Made by a program: the position numbers and the translations under genes. The notes under the pieces were generated by a model. The model saw nothing but the letters and a program-made list of their open reading frames with translations. It made no database searches and had not been told where the DNA came from. A stretch of DNA of 64,000 nt from positions 14,196 through 78,195 of the forward strand of contig CAVRQD010000006.1 in NCBI GenBank assembly GCA_963723285.1, written 5' to 3'. The stretch comes from an uncultured Alphaproteobacteria bacterium. Lineage in GTDB: Bacteria; Pseudomonadota; Alphaproteobacteria; Rhizobiales; Beijerinckiaceae. Of the stretch, positions 60,885-64,000 are shown piece after piece. Numbering within the stretch: position 1 is the stretch's first letter; each line of letters starts with the position of its first letter.

Positions 60885-61913
60885 CTATTTTTCTGTCAGC
60901 TTCAATTCGATGCGGCGGTTCTTGGCGTAGGCCTCTTCGCTGTCGCCGGGGTCGATCGGCTGGAATTCGCCGAAGCCTGCGGCGACGAGCCGGTCGGCTG
61001 GCACGCCTTTGCTGATGAGATATTGCACGACCGCGATGGCGCGGGCGGCGGACAAATCCCAGTTCGAATGAAATTCGGTCGATTGCATCGGCCTTTTGTC
61101 GGTGTGCCCGTCGACACGCAGAACCCAGGGGATTTCCGGCGGAATTTCCTTGTTGAGCTCGACGACGGCGGCGGCGAGCTTGTCGAGCTCCGTTTTCCCG
61201 TCGGGGTTCAACTGCGCCTTGCCGGTTTCGAACAGAACCTCGGATTGGAAGACGAAACGATCGCCGACAGTGCGGATGTCCGGCCGGTCGCCGAGAATTT
61301 GCCGCAGCCGGCCGAAGAAGTCGGAGCGGTAGCGGGCGAGTTCCTGCACCTTCTGCGCCAAGGCGATGTTGAGCCGCGAGCCGAGGTCGGCGATTTTCGC
61401 CTGCGATTCGCGATCACGCGACTCGGAGGCGGAGAGCGCATCATCGAGCGCGGCGAGCTGTCGGCGCAGAGCGCCGATCTGCTGATTGAGAATGTCGATC
61501 TGCGCCAACGCCTGGGCGGAGACCTGCTTTTCGTTCGCGAGCTGCTGCTCGGCCGCGGTGAGGCGCTGGTCGACACCACCTACGCCGGCGCCCGCGGCGG
61601 AGACCGCGCCCTGCAATTCGCCGTTCTTTTTCTTTTCGTCGGCGAGCGTCGCGCTCAAATCGGCGATCGTGTTCTGCGCATCGGCCCGGTTCGTCTGCGC
61701 CAGGGCGAGCTGGGCAGTGAGTTCGGCGATCTGCTTGTTGAGCTTGTTGAGCACCGTGTCCTTGCCCGAGACTTCGCGGGCGAGGAAGAATTGCGCGAGC
61801 ATGAAGACGGAGAGAAGAAAGGTGATGACGAGCAGCATTGTCGTCAGCGCGTCGACGAAGCCCGGCCAATAATCGATCGGGCGCTGCGCGCGCCGCGAGC
61901 GGGCAAGCGGCAT
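60885..61913 (-). CDS. MotB/OmpA-like peptidoglycan-binding protein with coiled coil
   Basis: YWPGFVDAL TM with conserved Asp, coiled coil, VDGHTD, NWDLSAARA, NRRIE. Confidence 0.92.
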   Translation of the reverse strand: MPLARSRRAQRPIDYWPGFVDALTTMLLVITFLLSVFMLAQFFLAREVSGKDTVLNKLNKQIAELTAQLALAQTNRADAQNTIADLSATLADEKKKNGELQGAVSAAGAGVGGVDQRLTAAEQQLANEKQVSAQALAQIDILNQQIGALRRQLAALDDALSASESRDRESQAKIADLGSRLNIALAQKVQELARYRSDFFGRLRQILGDRPDIRTVGDRFVFQSEVLFETGKAQLNPDGKTELDKLAAAVVELNKEIPPEIPWVLRVDGHTDKRPMQSTEFHSNWDLSAARAIAVVQYLISKGVPADRLVAAGFGEFQPIDPGDSEEAYAKNRRIELKLTEK

Positions 61914-62890
61914 CAGCGGTGCTCCGCTTCGCTGGCGATCTGTTTCAGCACGTCCTTCACTTCGCGGTTCTGCGCCGCTTGGGCCTCGACCCAATCACGG
62001 ATCATCTGCTGCTCGGCGCGCATGTGCTGCACCAGGCTCTGGATTCCCTCGGCGAGATTGGCCACCGCGATCGAGGTCGCGCGCGCCTGCGTCTGGTCGG
62101 CGGTCGCGGCGATCTTGTCGAGCGCGGCACGCACATCCTGCGGTACGGCCGCGATCACGGCCCCGGCCTCCGGCGGGATTTCGGCCACGGTGCGCGCGGT
62201 GAGGTTGTCCTCAAGCTCGTTGTAGAAGCGGTTCTGCGCCTGCCCCGCTTGCAGATCGAGAAAGCCCAGCACGAGCGAACCGGCGAGGCCGAAGAGCGAA
62301 GAGGTGAAGGAGATGCTCATGCCGGACAGCGGCCGGGCGAGATTGTTCTTGAGATCGTCGAACATCACCGCCGCATCGCCGCCGGTCTGCAGCGAATTGA
62401 GAATATTGCCGATCGAGCTGACCGTCGTCAGCAGGCCCCAGAACGTGCCGAGCAGGCCGAGGAAGATCAAAAGCCCGGTGAGATAGCGCGAGGTATCGCG
62501 TGCCTCGTCGAGCCTTGTGCCGATCGAATCGAGAATGGCGCGCAAGGTCAGCGTCGGCAGCGTCACCTCGTTCACCGGCCGCCCCGCGAAGAGCGTCGTG
62601 ATCGGCGCCAGCAGAACCGGCTGTGAAACTTCGTTTTCCAGCCCGCGCGGCAGCGCATTCACCCAGCGCACCTCGCGGAACAGGCGGATCACCTGCCGCA
62701 GCGCCAGCACGATGCCGACGAAGAGGACGAAGAAGATGAGACTGTTGAGGCCGGGGTTGCCCTTGAAGTCCTTGGCGATCTGCTCGTTGAGGATCAGCGC
62801 GACGAAGCCGACGAGGATGAGGAACACCACCATGCGGACGAGATAGATGCGCGGCGACGACAATTTGTAAGGATCAATCTCGACCGCCAT
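61913..62890 (-). CDS. MotA/TolQ/ExbB-like proton channel protein
   Basis: LIFLGLLGTFWGL, LSGMSISFTSSLFGL. Confidence 0.9.
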   Translation of the reverse strand: MAVEIDPYKLSSPRIYLVRMVVFLILVGFVALILNEQIAKDFKGNPGLNSLIFFVLFVGIVLALRQVIRLFREVRWVNALPRGLENEVSQPVLLAPITTLFAGRPVNEVTLPTLTLRAILDSIGTRLDEARDTSRYLTGLLIFLGLLGTFWGLLTTVSSIGNILNSLQTGGDAAVMFDDLKNNLARPLSGMSISFTSSLFGLAGSLVLGFLDLQAGQAQNRFYNELEDNLTARTVAEIPPEAGAVIAAVPQDVRAALDKIAATADQTQARATSIAVANLAEGIQSLVQHMRAEQQMIRDWVEAQAAQNREVKDVLKQIASEAEHR

Positions 62891-62983
62891 CGGACGCGCT
62901 CCGCCTTCGCTTCCCCGCCAAATCTTGGGGCCTGTCTAGCATAGATAGGTCGGGAGCGGGATGCCTAAAAATGGCCTCGTTGC

Positions 62984-63059
62984 GCGTCATTGCGAGGCGC
63001 GGAGCGACGAAGCAATCCAGGAATAATTCTGGATTGCTTCGCTTTGCTCGCAATGACGC
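62984..63059. repeat. REP-like palindromic element
   Basis: GCGTCATTGCGAG...GAAGCAATCCAG-spacer-CTGGATTGCTTC...CTCGCAATGACGC nested inverted repeat. Confidence 0.85.
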
Positions 63060-63076
63060 TCGCGCTGGCAGGCGCT

Positions 63077-63871
63077 CTACTTCGCGCCGCGTATCAGCGC
63101 CAGCAATTGCGAATGAATGGCGTCATTGCCGGCGCAGATCGAGCCGGTGCCGAGAATATCCGCGCCGCCGTCGGCATCGGTGACGAAACCGCCGGCTTCC
63201 CGGATGATTAACTGGCCCGCCGCCATGTCCCAGGGCTTCAAGCCGCGCTCCCAGAAGCCGTCGTAGGAGCCTTGCGCGACGAAGCAGAGATCGAGCGCCG
63301 CGGCGCCGAGCCGGCGTAGATTGGAGGCGCGGGCCATGACGGCGGCGAATTCCGCCTTGAAGCCTTCATGCCCCTTCTTGCCCAGATGCGGGACGCCGCA
63401 GCCGATCAGCGCATTGGAGAAATCGCGCCGCGCGGCGACGCGCAGGCGGCGGTTGTTGTTGTGATAGGCGCCCTGGCCCTTCTCGGCGATATACATGTCG
63501 TCGCTGACCGGGTTGTAGACGAGGCCGGCAACAATCTCGCCCTCCCGCGCGAGGGCGATGGAAATGGCGAAGATCGGCAGGCCGTGGAGAAAATTGGTCG
63601 TCCCGTCGAGCGGATCGATGTACCAGGTGTGGCTCTTGTCGGGGCCTTCGACAATGCCCGATTCCTCCAGCACGAAACCATAGCCCGGCCGCGCCTTGGA
63701 GAGTTCGTCGAAGAGGGTTTTTTCGGACTTTCTATCCGCGGCGGAGACGAAATCGCCCGGCCCTTTGATCGAAACTTGAAGATTCTCGACTTCGCCGAAA
63801 TCGCGCGTCAAGCCGCGCCCGGCCTTCAGCGCCGCGGCGGTCATCACATTCATCAGGGCGGAACGGATCAT
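63077..63871 (-). CDS. suhB: Inositol monophosphatase family protein (SuhB)
   Basis: WYIDPLDGTTNF, RRLGAAALDL, WDMAAG. Confidence 0.95.
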   Translation of the reverse strand: MIRSALMNVMTAAALKAGRGLTRDFGEVENLQVSIKGPGDFVSAADRKSEKTLFDELSKARPGYGFVLEESGIVEGPDKSHTWYIDPLDGTTNFLHGLPIFAISIALAREGEIVAGLVYNPVSDDMYIAEKGQGAYHNNNRRLRVAARRDFSNALIGCGVPHLGKKGHEGFKAEFAAVMARASNLRRLGAAALDLCFVAQGSYDGFWERGLKPWDMAAGQLIIREAGGFVTDADGGADILGTGSICAGNDAIHSQLLALIRGAK

Positions 63872-63934
63872 TATTGACTCTGGAGTGGCGTGAAGGAAGG
63901 CAGCATCTGCCCGTTCACAACCTCGGACGTCAAG

Positions 63935-64000
63935 CTAAACCCCGCCCATCTTGCAGATGAGCGTCCATTCCGCCTCGCTCACCGGCTGCACCGAGAGGCG
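63935..64000 (-). CDS. C-terminal end of an EVE-domain protein (partial)
   Basis: Manual translation RLSVQPVSEAEWTLICKMGGV*; RLSVQPV is the EVE C-terminal motif. Confidence 0.75.
   Translation of the reverse strand, partial: RLSVQPVSEAEWTLICKMGGV

Noticed and set aside
60885-62890. MotA/MotB-like pair as a Zorya (ZorA/ZorB) defence system
   Set aside because: Host-like GC, core context with suhB, no ZorC/D/E and no long ZorA tail. It fits the conserved alphaproteobacterial pair.

Overview
High-GC alphaproteobacterial chromosome segment. Gene content and order (dnaK-dnaJ-pmtA-pyrF-dapB-gpmA, regB/regA, lgt-midA-pgeF, miaB-phoH-ybeY-corC-lnt, metK-trmB) point to Hyphomicrobiales, probably Beijerinckiaceae/Methylocystaceae-like (inference). 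About 19.7-64 kb is mostly core genome. About 1-19.5 kb, downstream of tRNA-Ser(CGA), is accessory. It holds a PQQ sugar dehydrogenase-cytochrome c fusion missed by the ORF track, a secreted lactonase, and a Cys-rich Crp/Fnr regulator facing an uncharacterised YHS-like/tandem-domain exported protein across a class II (-41.5) Crp-type promoter. It also holds a TetR/AHL-lactonase operon with a perfect operator, lemA-TPM-TPM, ndh, an unassigned B12 radical SAM enzyme, a LysR-MFS(frameshifted)-nitronate monooxygenase-hydrolase module and an orphan Flp pilin. Best candidates for undescribed biology: (i) the Crp/Fnr-YHS-like/PQQ-cyt c periplasmic module; (ii) two convergent structured sRNA candidates between dnaJ and pmtA; (iii) a 17-bp-period repeat array and small ORF behind pyrF; (iv) a low-GC ORFan insert after gpmA; (v) an internally deleted membrane-protein remnant beside the CAT tRNA. 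No CRISPR array, integrase or transposase was seen. All calls come from reading the sequence; no searches were run.
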